Shown here in pieces: positions 19,665 to 29,629 of a DNA stretch of 64,000 bases. The DNA lies in IMG/VR virus record IMGVR_UViG_3300025162_000016, positions 304,759 through 368,758 of that record; one strand, given 5' to 3'. Both the position numbers and the translations under genes were made by a program. The notes below the pieces were generated by a model. The model searched no databases, was not told the DNA's origin, and saw nothing but the letters and a program-made list of their open reading frames with translations. Position 1 is the stretch's first letter, and each line of letters opens with the position of its first letter.

Positions 19665-19762
19665 GTGTTGTTGACTTTAGTTATAATATCAATAAATTTA
19701 ATCATCTATTAATATACCGGAAATTTTATGATATTTTTGGATTGGGGGATATACATATAGGA

Positions 19763-20008
19763 ATGAGAATAAGCATTACGAAGATTAAGGGTTGGGATTT
19801 TCAGACACGGTTACAAGAGATTGACAAGCGATTAAAGGTATGTCAAGAGGAATACGGAGAAAGTTCCAAGCGGAAGGAAATTTATTCTGAGGTATTTGAG
19901 GATACAATGAATGAAGTTTGTCAAATTGTTATGTATTGGAAGAGTCATATAAAAAGTAAAGAAGACAAGCCAAAGAAAAGGAGAGTGAAATCGGTTAATA
20001 TTTTTTAG
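19763..20008 (+). CDS. Hypothetical protein
   Basis: ORF from the track, ATG start chosen. Confidence 0.5.
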   Translation: MRISITKIKGWDFQTRLQEIDKRLKVCQEEYGESSKRKEIYSEVFEDTMNEVCQIVMYWKSHIKSKEDKPKKRRVKSVNIF

Positions 20009-20135
20009 ATTATGTTAACATATTACGTTCATTATTTTAACGTTCATGTTTATTACGTAGCGTTTGCGATTTTTTGGTTATAAGGTTGACATTTGCCGGG
20101 AATCTGATATAGTTATAAGAGTTAGCAAACAGATC

Positions 20136-20526
20136 GGGCCTGAACTGGTATCGATCCAGATCATTGACAATTCGGAGCACGTAGAGGATGAGCGTTGGCC
20201 TCTTTAAGCATCGTTCAAAAAACCAAATGGCAAACTGAATAAGTTAGCTGGCCTTGAAGTTTCCTTAGTGGAAGACTCTGAGGCTGTGTTAGTCTGATTG
20301 ACTAATCCGTCATATTGTTTGACTCCTGCTAGAGCAAATGTGGCGTAAAACAGCAGGGCAACCGGTTGTAGTTGTAAATGCAACACTGATTAGCGGCTCT
20401 GTTAGTCGCATATACCTGACGCCAGTTTTTTTTATTTATAGTTAGGTGAATTGCAAAATAGGAATAAACGTGTAGTGCTGGGTTGGAGATTATTTGGAGA
20501 CCGGAGTTCGACTCTCCGCAGGTCCA
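20136..20526 (+). ncRNA. ssrA: tmRNA
   Basis: 5' GGGCCTG pairs with 3' CAGGTCC-A including G3.U; T-arm GGAG-TTCGACT-CTCC; tag ORF 20229-20297; promoter at 20086-20113. Confidence 0.9.
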
Positions 20527-20613
20527 GACCGTATATAAATTGACGCCTCCACGGGGCTACGGTTGGGTAATGCTAAGATCAATTGAGGAGACATGGATGT
20601 CTTCATGTACGAG

Positions 20614-20648
20614 AAAACCGCTTCTTTTTGGATGGAGGCGGTTTTCTT
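20614..20648 (+). terminator. Intrinsic terminator after tmRNA
   Basis: AAAACCGCTTC...GGAGGCGGTTTTCTTT. Confidence 0.7.
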
Positions 20649-20683
20649 TGTACTAATCTTCTTTCCGGCTATATTTATACAAT

Positions 20684-21646
20684 ATGGCTAATTTAATAAA
20701 AGAACTTCAATTAAGGTATTCTCCGGAGGGAGGATCACCCCGACAAGTGTCGCATGATTATTTCGCAATGTTTGCTCTTTGGAGAGCAGAAGGAAGTGGT
20801 GGAGACGGGGGAGCTACATCTATTGGAAGGAGTCGATTAGTTGATGATGTATTTAGGCAAGTGGCAGAAGCAATGGGATTAAAATATGCGGAAGGAAGGC
20901 AACTAGCGGGACGAGAAGTGATAAAAAAAGATATTGGGCAATTGAATCATTATCTCAAGATGGAAGATTGGATGAATTTCCACGGAGTGGTGAAAGATAT
21001 CCTTAGGAAAACGGTGGTATCGACTAGGTTTCAGGAATTGTCAAAGATGGAGACAAATCCAAAAGCACATTTGGATGATTTTAGCAGAATGATTAGAGAG
21101 CTTGTTCGTTCATCCAGAGTTCTTCCAGATGCACCGGGGGCGTCAACTAAGTCTGAGCCCGAGCCAGCATATAAACAATTTGATAAACCATTAACTGCTC
21201 CACCGGCAGCATTATCACCGGAACTCCCAATGAAAGGTGCTCAAATGCATTTGCCGCTTAAACCACAGGAAAAAATTCCGGTTCCTGATTTAACTGGGGT
21301 AAAACCATTAGGGGCACCTATGGCAGGAGATGAGCCAAAGCAAGCACCGCCGATGACGGAAATGTTTTTGAAAAAATATGGATATGAATGGAGTGAAGCA
21401 GATAAAGCGTATAAGAACGATGCTCGAAAATATAAAATACAATTTTTTCCGGATAATTCAGTAGTGGTTACTTCTTCAAGTGGCAAGACCAAAGAATTTA
21501 AAAATATTGGGTTATTATTTCGGGCATTAGCGCACAATAAAAAGAAACGACATCCCGCAAATACACCGGAAGTTCCCGCCGGAGAGCCGAAGGCAGGAGT
21601 AACGACAGAGAATTTTAAGATGTTATACGAATTTCTGTATCATTAA
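20684..21646 (+). CDS. Hypothetical protein with Pro-rich linker (possible virion protein)
   Basis: 320-aa ORF preceded by TATTTATA. Confidence 0.7.
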   Translation: MANLIKELQLRYSPEGGSPRQVSHDYFAMFALWRAEGSGGDGGATSIGRSRLVDDVFRQVAEAMGLKYAEGRQLAGREVIKKDIGQLNHYLKMEDWMNFHGVVKDILRKTVVSTRFQELSKMETNPKAHLDDFSRMIRELVRSSRVLPDAPGASTKSEPEPAYKQFDKPLTAPPAALSPELPMKGAQMHLPLKPQEKIPVPDLTGVKPLGAPMAGDEPKQAPPMTEMFLKKYGYEWSEADKAYKNDARKYKIQFFPDNSVVVTSSSGKTKEFKNIGLLFRALAHNKKKRHPANTPEVPAGEPKAGVTTENFKMLYEFLYH

Positions 21647-21658
21647 TTGTTATCATTT

Positions 21659-23941
21659 ATGAGTAATATTACATTATCACTCATTTTAGAGCTTCTAAAT
21701 CATGATGCTATTCAAGCCGCATTAGCTAAAGCGGGAAAATCAAATTATTCTCGTAAAATTATTGATCTTGATCCAACTAAAGATAAAAATGCAGTTTATT
21801 CCATTAAGTTAACCAAGTTTTTCCTTGAACCTAGATCTGGTAACGACGATCAATTCTATGATATTCTCAAGTCTTATTTTGAAAAATTTCTCCTTTTTAA
21901 AAATAGAAAATTACTGAAAGGTAAAGACGCTGATCTCAATTCAATAAAATCTTTCAAAGATTTTCATAATTTAGTGGATGCAACCGAAGCAGAACTCAAA
22001 AGAAATAAACCGGCAGATATAGTAGCTAAAATTGCTGATCCAGAGAAAGTTGAAGATCAGGGAAATAGAATGGATGTATTAGGTAAGAAGATAGATAAGA
22101 AAGATATTACTTATATCGATCCGACGGTTGTTGTTATTCGGGCAGATAATTCATCGAAATCCAAGAGATATGGTGGTGGATTTAGTAACTGGTGTACGGC
22201 AAGAAAGACCGGAAATTTATTTTATGATTATCGATTTAAAGAGCCACCACAAACGATGTTTTACGTATATTTTTTAAATAAAGATAAGAATGATAATGAA
22301 TTAGTATTACATTTTGGAGTTGATGAAGATAGAGACATTTCTTATACCGACAGATTAAACAAAGAAAGTAGACAAACATTAGATTGGTTAGTGAAAAAGT
22401 TTCCAGAGTTGAAACCTGCATTAGATAAAAATGCATTTGAATTGGTTCCATTGACAGCAACTGAAATAAGAGTTAAAAAGTTACCAGATACGTTATCGGT
22501 GGAACAATTTAATGGATTAAGTTACGATGAGAAAGAGATGTGGTTTCAGTCTGGAGATAGAGAGGCTACATTAGAGGTATGGAATTTAATGGATGAGAAT
22601 TTCAAGAATTTGTATGTGAGAGAATTTTCAGATAGGGAGGATGATATTAACTATGCAGTATATGATACAATAAAAGGGACAAAGTATGAAAAGTTATATA
22701 TGGAAGGAATACAGGAGAGGATAGAAGATGGGATATCCGAGTCGGAGACACATACTATAGATCAATGTAGTCCACATGATTGGGAATTTATCAAGACCAG
22801 TCCGGGGTTGATTAATAAATTAAATTGTAGAGAAGGAATTTATTATACCTTATTTTATTCGCCGAATAAAAAAGAAACGGCCAGTCTACTTGGTGCTGCA
22901 AAGATAGATAGATTATCCGATTGGGAGGTGAAAGATTTGATAGATCGTTCTCAAAACAAAGAGGAAATGATTGAAATTATTTTACAATATAAAGGAAATA
23001 AATTAAGTGATGATAATGTTTATAATTTATTACAAAATTCATCAAATAAAGAGGAAATGATTAAATTTATTTTACAATATAAAGGAAAGAATTTAACCGA
23101 TTCCAATGTAAATGATATATTAACGCATTCTAAAAATAAAGAGGAAATGATTGAAATTATTTTAAAATATACCGGAAATAATTTAAGTGATAATAATGTA
23201 AATGATATATTAACGCATTCTAAAAATAAAGAGGAAATGATTAAAATTATTTTACAATATAAAGGAAATAATTTAACCGATTCCAATGTAAACGATATGT
23301 TAAAGCATTCTCAAAATAAAGAGGAGATGATTAAATTTATTTTAAACTATACCGGAAATCAATTAACCGATTCCAATGTAGAAAGTTTATTTTGGCATTC
23401 TAAAAATAAAAAGGAATTTATTAAAATTGTTTTACACTATAACGGAAATAATTTAACCAGTACGGCTATGAGATATTTGGTAGTGGCTTCTCAAAATAAA
23501 GAGGAGATGATTAAAATTATTTTAAAATATACCGGAAATAAATTAACCGATGAGAATGTAGATCAACTGATAGCGGCTTCATACGACGAGGACGGGTGTG
23601 TAGACGGGTATGTAGAAAATTTAGCCAAAATATTTGTGGCAAATAAGCATAAATTCAGTGAATCTCAAATTATGAATTTTTTGTATAGTAGCCGATACCC
23701 CCAAGAAATTGCTAGAATATTGGGTCAAAAAAATATAAACAAATTAAGTGAATCGAGCATTTTTTCCATATTGTCTACTTATGAACATAAAGAAACGTTT
23801 GCCAAACTTTTAATAACATATATATATCCCAATAGAATGACGCAGTTTAAGTTAAAATTTCCCGAATATAGGGAATTGTTGAACGTTCAAGCTGAGGATG
23901 AGGATGAATGGCATCCAAATTATAAATCTTATTTTAAATAA
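21659..23941 (+). CDS. Large protein with conserved N-domain (YGGG.SNWCTA) and ~30-aa helical tandem repeats; paralog of 49771-51870
   Basis: Repeats NKEEMIxxILxYxGNxLxDxNV; N-terminal ~400 aa nearly identical to the paralog. Confidence 0.85.
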   Translation: MSNITLSLILELLNHDAIQAALAKAGKSNYSRKIIDLDPTKDKNAVYSIKLTKFFLEPRSGNDDQFYDILKSYFEKFLLFKNRKLLKGKDADLNSIKSFKDFHNLVDATEAELKRNKPADIVAKIADPEKVEDQGNRMDVLGKKIDKKDITYIDPTVVVIRADNSSKSKRYGGGFSNWCTARKTGNLFYDYRFKEPPQTMFYVYFLNKDKNDNELVLHFGVDEDRDISYTDRLNKESRQTLDWLVKKFPELKPALDKNAFELVPLTATEIRVKKLPDTLSVEQFNGLSYDEKEMWFQSGDREATLEVWNLMDENFKNLYVREFSDREDDINYAVYDTIKGTKYEKLYMEGIQERIEDGISESETHTIDQCSPHDWEFIKTSPGLINKLNCREGIYYTLFYSPNKKETASLLGAAKIDRLSDWEVKDLIDRSQNKEEMIEIILQYKGNKLSDDNVYNLLQNSSNKEEMIKFILQYKGKNLTDSNVNDILTHSKNKEEMIEIILKYTGNNLSDNNVNDILTHSKNKEEMIKIILQYKGNNLTDSNVNDMLKHSQNKEEMIKFILNYTGNQLTDSNVESLFWHSKNKKEFIKIVLHYNGNNLTSTAMRYLVVASQNKEEMIKIILKYTGNKLTDENVDQLIAASYDEDGCVDGYVENLAKIFVANKHKFSESQIMNFLYSSRYPQEIARILGQKNINKLSESSIFSILSTYEHKETFAKLLITYIYPNRMTQFKLKFPEYRELLNVQAEDEDEWHPNYKSYFK

Positions 23942-23966
23942 TAGAAAGCTATACGAGTTTTTTCAT

Positions 23967-25294
23967 AATTTTTGGAGGAAGGAAACCCCGACGGCTTTAG
24001 CCTCGGGGAGGAATTCCGACCATTCTTAACATTCTACACCAACCACCTCAATTTGTCAACCACAAAAATATTTTAACTTTTTCGATGTTTTTGATATTTT
24101 CATCACTATGTATTGTGTAGTAATGATAACATATAATACCAAACTGAAATTTGAGAAACAAGAAGATTTCAATAATCTCCTTGAATCTCTCAAATTAAAT
24201 CAATCGGCTTGGAATATCATAAGTCAAGAAAGATTTTCTATGACCGGTGGAATATTGAAAATTCTTCACGACAAATGTTATTATAAAGTTAAAAAAGCCC
24301 TGCCAACTATTCCATCGCAGTTTATCATTAAAGCGGAACAAGATGTCATTGCTACTTACAAAACAATTAAATCCAATAAACATAAACTTGATTCTCCCGC
24401 TACAAAAAAGAATTTATCCATTCAATTAGATAAAAGAATCTACAAGTGGATAGACAAAACACACTTAAAAATCACCACATTAAATAAACAAGCAATTGTG
24501 TCGTTTGATGTATATGAAAAGTTAAATGAATTAGATTTTTCCAAATTAAAAGACCCCAAATTATTTTTCAAAAATGGGAATTTCTATCTAAGTTTGATTT
24601 TCGATATTCAGCTTCCGTTTATTGATAATAATAAAATCGTAGGAATTGATGTAGGATTAAAAAGATTAATTTCCACGAGTGAAGGAAATATTGTTAAAGG
24701 CAATGAATTCAATGGGCATAAACGTAAAATTCGTTGGAATAAAAGAAAATTTCAATCTAAAAAGCACTCACATTCAGCGAGAACAAATCGTAAGAAACTC
24801 AGAAAAAAAGAAGCAAATTTTAGTAGAAATTATATACATAATGTTACTAAAAATGTAATTCTAAATACCAATGCAAATATTTTAGTGATAGAAGATTTAA
24901 GTAAAATTAAAAGTAAAAATAAAGGTAAACGATTCAATAATAGATTAAGTCAATTACCATTTTTCGCATTCAGAACTATATTAACATACAAGGCACAACT
25001 TTACGGAAAAAAAGTTGCAACAGTTAACCCCGCCTTTACAAGCCAAATAGATCATAGAGGTTTAGTTGGTGGAAAAAGAAGGGGATGTAGATATTATGGT
25101 TCGGACAATGTAGTATTAGATGCGGATGTAAATGCCGCAATCAATATTGCTAACAGATATGTAGACAATTTGAGTTTACATAAACACTCCGTTTTGTGTT
25201 GCAAAGCACTGGATGGACAGGCTGCGGTCAATCAGCCAATCGTCGGAAGTTCTTTCCGGCAAGCCCCTATCCCTTTAGGGTAGGGGTTGTTGAC
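23967..25294 (+). mobile_element. IS605/IS1341-type element (tnpB only)
   Basis: Left hairpin CCCCGA..TCGGGG, right hairpin CCCCTATCCCTTTAGGGTAGGGG-TTGTTGAC; TTCAT precedes the left end. Confidence 0.8.
24108..25283 (+). CDS. tnpB: TnpB RNA-guided nuclease (Zn-finger-less variant)
   Basis: VGIDVG, VIEDL, DADVNAAINI. Confidence 0.9.
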   Translation: MYCVVMITYNTKLKFEKQEDFNNLLESLKLNQSAWNIISQERFSMTGGILKILHDKCYYKVKKALPTIPSQFIIKAEQDVIATYKTIKSNKHKLDSPATKKNLSIQLDKRIYKWIDKTHLKITTLNKQAIVSFDVYEKLNELDFSKLKDPKLFFKNGNFYLSLIFDIQLPFIDNNKIVGIDVGLKRLISTSEGNIVKGNEFNGHKRKIRWNKRKFQSKKHSHSARTNRKKLRKKEANFSRNYIHNVTKNVILNTNANILVIEDLSKIKSKNKGKRFNNRLSQLPFFAFRTILTYKAQLYGKKVATVNPAFTSQIDHRGLVGGKRRGCRYYGSDNVVLDADVNAAINIANRYVDNLSLHKHSVLCCKALDGQAAVNQPIVGSSFRQAPIPLG

Positions 25295-25567
25295 CGTCGA
25301 TCGTTCTATTTTTTTCAAGCATTCGTGGGCAATTTTGTTTATTTCGACAAATGTTTCTTTATGGGGGCTTTCTTTGCAATGAGGAAAGCTCTCTTTTAGG
25401 ATTTTTTTAAGACCTTCGATTATATCGATTTGAATAGTGGTTTGATTTTGCATTTTAAATAAATATCATATTTCCGGTGTTTTTGTTAACATATAGCTAT
25501 GTATTATAAAAGAGCAAACATTTTATTGAAAAATGTTGACATTTGTTGAAATTCTGCTATAGTAATT

Positions 25568-25731
25568 CCAGTTCTAATAAAATAAACAGTTGTGCGTTGA
25601 TGAATAGAAATATTCCAGCACGGAGCTTATAGTCCCGAGTGTTTTGAAAACCTAAATTTAGTAAGAATAAATTTTAATAGAACAGGTAACTATATGGTGA
25701 AGTGCTGGAACAGACCAGTTACTATATCACC
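25568..25731 (+). ncRNA. Putative scaffold RNA copy A (internally shortened) fused to one CRISPR repeat (25696-25731)
   Basis: TTGACA/TATAGT promoter at 25536-25563; sequence shared with the 45.6, 56.8 and 63.7 kb copies. Confidence 0.6.
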
Positions 25732-25945
25732 TACCAATAATGGGAGTAATCGTAGTGGAAATCAATCGAAGCAAAAAGTGGTGGGAAGAAATGCTTTTGA
25801 AATTCGTCAAGATATTATAGAAAACGCTATAGAAATCATGCGGATGTCCAATCCGAAATCTTCGTTGAATATAGAAGATATGACCGACGACATATTAAAA
25901 ATATCATCAAAATTATATGATTTTGTTGAAAATAAATACCGGTAA
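25694..25945 (+). CDS. Small phage protein whose N-terminus is now encoded by a CRISPR repeat
   Basis: NAFEIRQDII..IL....KLYDFVENK resembles a small T4-like phage protein family. Confidence 0.5.
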   Translation: MVKCWNRPVTISPTNNGSNRSGNQSKQKVVGRNAFEIRQDIIENAIEIMRMSNPKSSLNIEDMTDDILKISSKLYDFVENKYR

Positions 25946-25950
25946 AATAT

Positions 25951-26583
25951 ATGAATTTAAGTTTAACAAATATTATACGGGATAATCCCGATTTAACTAA
26001 AAGATTAGAAGAAGGAACAAAAGAAGTTCGAAAAAGTAAAACTAATTTAGTTCAGGCGGCAAACAATTTCAACAATAAATATACCGATGAGATAGAAGAA
26101 GGAACTCGGCGGCGGCAAATACTTTTGGAAAATGGTAAGGAGGTTGGTAAAACCGAGGAAGAAGTTCTAGGAACATGTGGCGGATTTATTCCTTCGGTTA
26201 GAACTCCTATAATGAATTTTCTGTTTTTTATGATGAGAGATGGAAATCGTTCGGATTGGGTGGGTATTCAAAAAGATCTTAATGAGCAATATGGGCATAT
26301 AGATACAAATTTAGAAGAAGTAGTTTCAGAAAAAGAATTGGATCAGATATATGGGCAATTGATACATGATGATGCGCAATATAAGAATGTAAACGAACCG
26401 GAAGAAATGGACCGATTCATTTATGGAGATATGTCACATGATTTATTTATTAAGATAAAAAAATTAAAAGCTCTATCCCGAAGTGATAATCAAAACGAAG
26501 CGTTTTTAGCATATCAAATATGCATGCGATTATGTCGAAAGTTTGGATTAGAAATAGATAAAATTCCTTGTAACATAAAATAA
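25951..26583 (+). CDS. DUF2786-like domain protein
   Basis: C-terminal KIKKLKALSRSDNQNEA..A....L..KFGL. Confidence 0.7.
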   Translation: MNLSLTNIIRDNPDLTKRLEEGTKEVRKSKTNLVQAANNFNNKYTDEIEEGTRRRQILLENGKEVGKTEEEVLGTCGGFIPSVRTPIMNFLFFMMRDGNRSDWVGIQKDLNEQYGHIDTNLEEVVSEKELDQIYGQLIHDDAQYKNVNEPEEMDRFIYGDMSHDLFIKIKKLKALSRSDNQNEAFLAYQICMRLCRKFGLEIDKIPCNIK

Positions 26584-26594
26584 GTTTTTTTATA

Positions 26595-26814
26595 ATTTTT
26601 GGATGTCTGATATGGATATGAGACTTTTATGTTAATTTGCGAGCGGTTAGGTGGTGTCAAATATGCCGTAGCCGCTCGCAACTTGTAACTCACTGATAAT
26701 GTGGAACTTACGAAATATGATATTTGATGTTGACAAATCGAGGATAATAGAATACACTACCGCTCGCAAATTGATACACAGTTCTTTGACAATACGATAG
26801 TTGCGAGAGACACA
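26595..26814 (+). promoter_or_regulatory. CRISPR leader 1
   Basis: TTGCGAGCGG..CCGCTCGCAA motifs, TTGACA/TAGAAT promoter; near-identical to leader 2. Confidence 0.85.
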
Positions 26815-27352
26815 GGTGAAGTGCTGGAACAGACCAGTTACTATATCACCGGTTGAACTCTGTCATATCTATGTCCACGTTAATCAGGTGAAGTGCTGGA
26901 ACAGACCAGTTACTATATCACCGATCTCTTCCGATGTTTGCTCAAGAGAAGCTTGTTTGGGTGAAGTGCTGGAACAGACCAGTTACTATATCACCTAGGG
27001 TTGCTATAAATGTAACAACCAAACTAGCAGATGGTGAAGTGCTGGAACAGACCAGTTACTATATCACCCAGTACTGGAGTACGGTTAAACCGGACACTAT
27101 ACCCGAGGTGAAGTGCTGGAACAGACCAGTTACTATATCACCAATAAACACTGTTCATCCGTTTCCGTTTCCGGTTTCGTTTGAAGGGTGAAGGTGAAGT
27201 GCTGGAACAGACCAGTTACTATATCACCCGAAAATGGAATATCTCTGCTATAGTTATGTTTGTAAGGTGAAGTGCTGGAACAGACCAGTTACTATAACAC
27301 CATCCTTGGACCAACCATCCAACCATCCAAACAGACCAGTTACTATATCACC
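26815..27352 (+). CRISPR. CRISPR array 1: 7 full repeats plus 1 partial
   Basis: Repeats start at 26815, 26887, 26960, 27033, 27107, 27193, 27266; spacers 36-38 nt (one 50 nt); degenerate distal end. Confidence 0.97.
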
Positions 27353-28057
27353 CTATATCATCCTAAGAAAAGTTATAAATCTTGGAGATATATTTGAAAG
27401 GGTATATATTCCATCTTTAAATAAAGGGTCATCAAACAATCTCAGTTGTGGATTATCTTCCATGGCGGCATTAATATCTATTTTATAAAGAGAAAATTCT
27501 TTGAGTGTATTATTTAATTCAAAAAATCTATTTGCAATTAATTCTGCTTCGTCTTCCGTTCTAGTGAAATATATTCTTTCGGGATGATAACTTATTTTAC
27601 TTAAACTTTTTGGGACCAATCCTATTTTTCGTATTTTATTATCATTGATGGAAGGGGTTGCATGATATAAAACCGAAAATTCCATATCAGTTAATTCCGG
27701 ATCAAATTTTGCTTCGGCTTGAATTGCTATTAATATGTTTAACAATGGGCTATTATTTTTGAAATCATTTTTATCAAATTTTTTCCATTTCATATTTTCT
27801 TTGTTTAATAAACCGGCGGAAATGTACCATCCTAAATTATTAATTAATTTCAATAAGTTATCCAGTTCTTTTTCGGAAGGCGGTTTAATAAAAGAAATGG
27901 TAATAATGTTTCCATTTTTAGGAACTATTTTTATTTTTTCAGTCGAAATTGCCCATCGATTAATCATATCATTGAATTTTGTTTTTGAAACCGAATAGAT
28001 TAATCCTTCGTATAATAAATGATCTCGGATTAGGTGGTTTAGCTTAATCATCTGCAT
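27353..28057 (-). CDS. Putative ADP-ribosyltransferase-fold (Tpt1/KptA-like) protein
   Basis: LYHATP..N...I.KIGLVPK...RIYFT...LYKID...YT..NISP. Confidence 0.6.
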   Translation of the reverse strand: MQMIKLNHLIRDHLLYEGLIYSVSKTKFNDMINRWAISTEKIKIVPKNGNIITISFIKPPSEKELDNLLKLINNLGWYISAGLLNKENMKWKKFDKNDFKNNSPLLNILIAIQAEAKFDPELTDMEFSVLYHATPSINDNKIRKIGLVPKSLSKISYHPERIYFTRTEDEAELIANRFFELNNTLKEFSLYKIDINAAMEDNPQLRLFDDPLFKDGIYTLSNISPRFITFLRMI

Positions 28058-28090
28058 ATATATATATGCCGGTTAAAATAAAACGTCTAC

Positions 28091-28305
28091 AATTTTTGGA
28101 TGTCTGATATGAGACTTTTATGTTAATTTGCGAGCGGTTAGGTGGTGTCAAATATACCGTAGCCGCTCGCAACTTGTAACTCACTGATAATGTGGAACTT
28201 ACGAAATATGATATTTGATGTTGACAAACCGGGGATAATAGAATACACTACCGCTCGCAAATTGATACATAGTTCTTTGATAATACGTTACTTACGAGGG
28301 ATACA
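28091..28305 (+). promoter_or_regulatory. CRISPR leader 2
   Basis: Duplicate of leader 1. Confidence 0.85.
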
Positions 28306-29152
28306 GGTGAAGTGCTGGAACAGACCAGTTACTATATCACCCAATGATCCAACCGCAAACTTTATAAACTGTTGTGTTGGGTGAAGTGCTGGAACAGACC
28401 AGTTACTATATCACCAATATTACTACGTCGTATTTATATATCGAATGATAATGTTGGTGAAGTGCTGGAACAGACCAGTTACTATATCACCCAAGTCTAT
28501 CCATGCAACCTAATACATATCGTTGTGAGGTGAAGTGCTGGAACAGACCAGTTACTATATCACCGGAGAGAGATAAACCTCTACATGGTATGGTTCGGCC
28601 AGTGTGGTGAAGTGCTGGAACAGACCAGTTACTATATCACCTTCCCATATTCTTCGGAGTTACTCGAATTATCCGAGGTGAAGTGCTGGAACAGACCAGT
28701 TACTATATCACCTGTATGTGGTAACTTTTGTTCCTATAGCATCAACAAGGTGAAGTGCTGGAACAGACCAGTTACTATATCACCGTCAACAGTTGACATA
28801 CCTTGAATTCCCGGCGCTGTTGGTGAAGTGCTGGAACAGACCAGTTACTATATCACCTAATGATCCAACCGCAAACTTTATAAACTGTTGTGTTGGGTGA
28901 AGTGCTGGAACAGACCAGTTACTATATCACCAATATTACTACGTCGTATTTATATATCGAATGATAATGTTGGTGAAGTGCTGGAACAGACCAGTTACTA
29001 TATCACCTAGCATACTGGTATGATAGGATCTAAGAAGTAATCTTGGTGAAGTGCTGGAACAGACCAGTTACTATATCACCGACCATCGAGGGGATAACCG
29101 ACACGATTGACCTTACGGCGAATTACTGGAACAGACCAGTCACTATATCGCC
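28306..29152 (+). CRISPR. CRISPR array 2: 12 repeats, 11 spacers
   Basis: 36-bp repeats, 35-41-nt spacers; terminal variant GGCGAATTACTGGAACAGACCAGTCACTATATCGCC. Confidence 0.98.
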
Positions 29153-29179
29153 GCACCTTATAAAATATACGAAAAAAAT

Positions 29180-29389
29180 ATGAAAAAGAAATCTACAAAA
29201 AAAGTTTCAACATTACCCACCGCAGCGGAGGTTTTGAATATTGAAGGAATATATCTTCCTTTAGAAACCGCCAATGTATTATATGCATATTTTCATGCAT
29301 TTTTAGCAAAAGGGTTTACTCAAGAACAATCATTTAAACTCACGGAAAGAATAGCCGGATTTTATTTTAGGTCATCGCCTCTATCCTAA
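29180..29389 (+). CDS. Hypothetical protein
   Basis: KGFTQEQSF motif. Confidence 0.55.
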   Translation: MKKKSTKKVSTLPTAAEVLNIEGIYLPLETANVLYAYFHAFLAKGFTQEQSFKLTERIAGFYFRSSPLS

Positions 29390-29425
29390 CCAAATAGGCT
29401 AGAGTAATATCATTCTCCAAAAATT

Positions 29426-29626
29426 ATGAACATGCATGTACCAGAAGAAATTAGATTGAAATATCCACAGATGGAGTTTCGTGGAAAACAACGGAAGTTG
29501 CATAATCGTACCATGATTGATGCGGAAAATCATCAGACCGGGATGAGTTTCTACTATTCTTTTGAGGAAGATTTCTTCTGGTTCAAAAATTGTGAAATTC
29601 CCGATTGGTTCATAAAAAAAGAATAA
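29426..29626 (+). CDS. Hypothetical protein
   Basis: Operon order. Confidence 0.6.
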   Translation: MNMHVPEEIRLKYPQMEFRGKQRKLHNRTMIDAENHQTGMSFYYSFEEDFFWFKNCEIPDWFIKKE

Positions 29627-29629
29627 AAT

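Larger units (their letters stand above)
17086..19675 (+). mobile_element. IS200/IS605-family element with cargo genes
   Basis: Subterminal hairpin CCTATCCCTTTAGGGTAGG at both ends; tnpA and tnpB; TTCAT precedes the left end. Confidence 0.8.

Noticed and set aside
27143-27265. Possible self-targeting: spacer 5 shares CCGTTTCCGTTTCCG with gene 2537 (minus strand); spacer 6 shares TCTGCTATAGT with the scaffold promoters
   Set aside because: Only 11-15 nt and low-complexity or promoter-consensus sequence; no full protospacer seen by eye, though a proper alignment was not possible
26801-28806. ORFs containing VKCWNRPVTISP or GEVLEQTSYYIT
   Set aside because: Translations of CRISPR repeats and spacers
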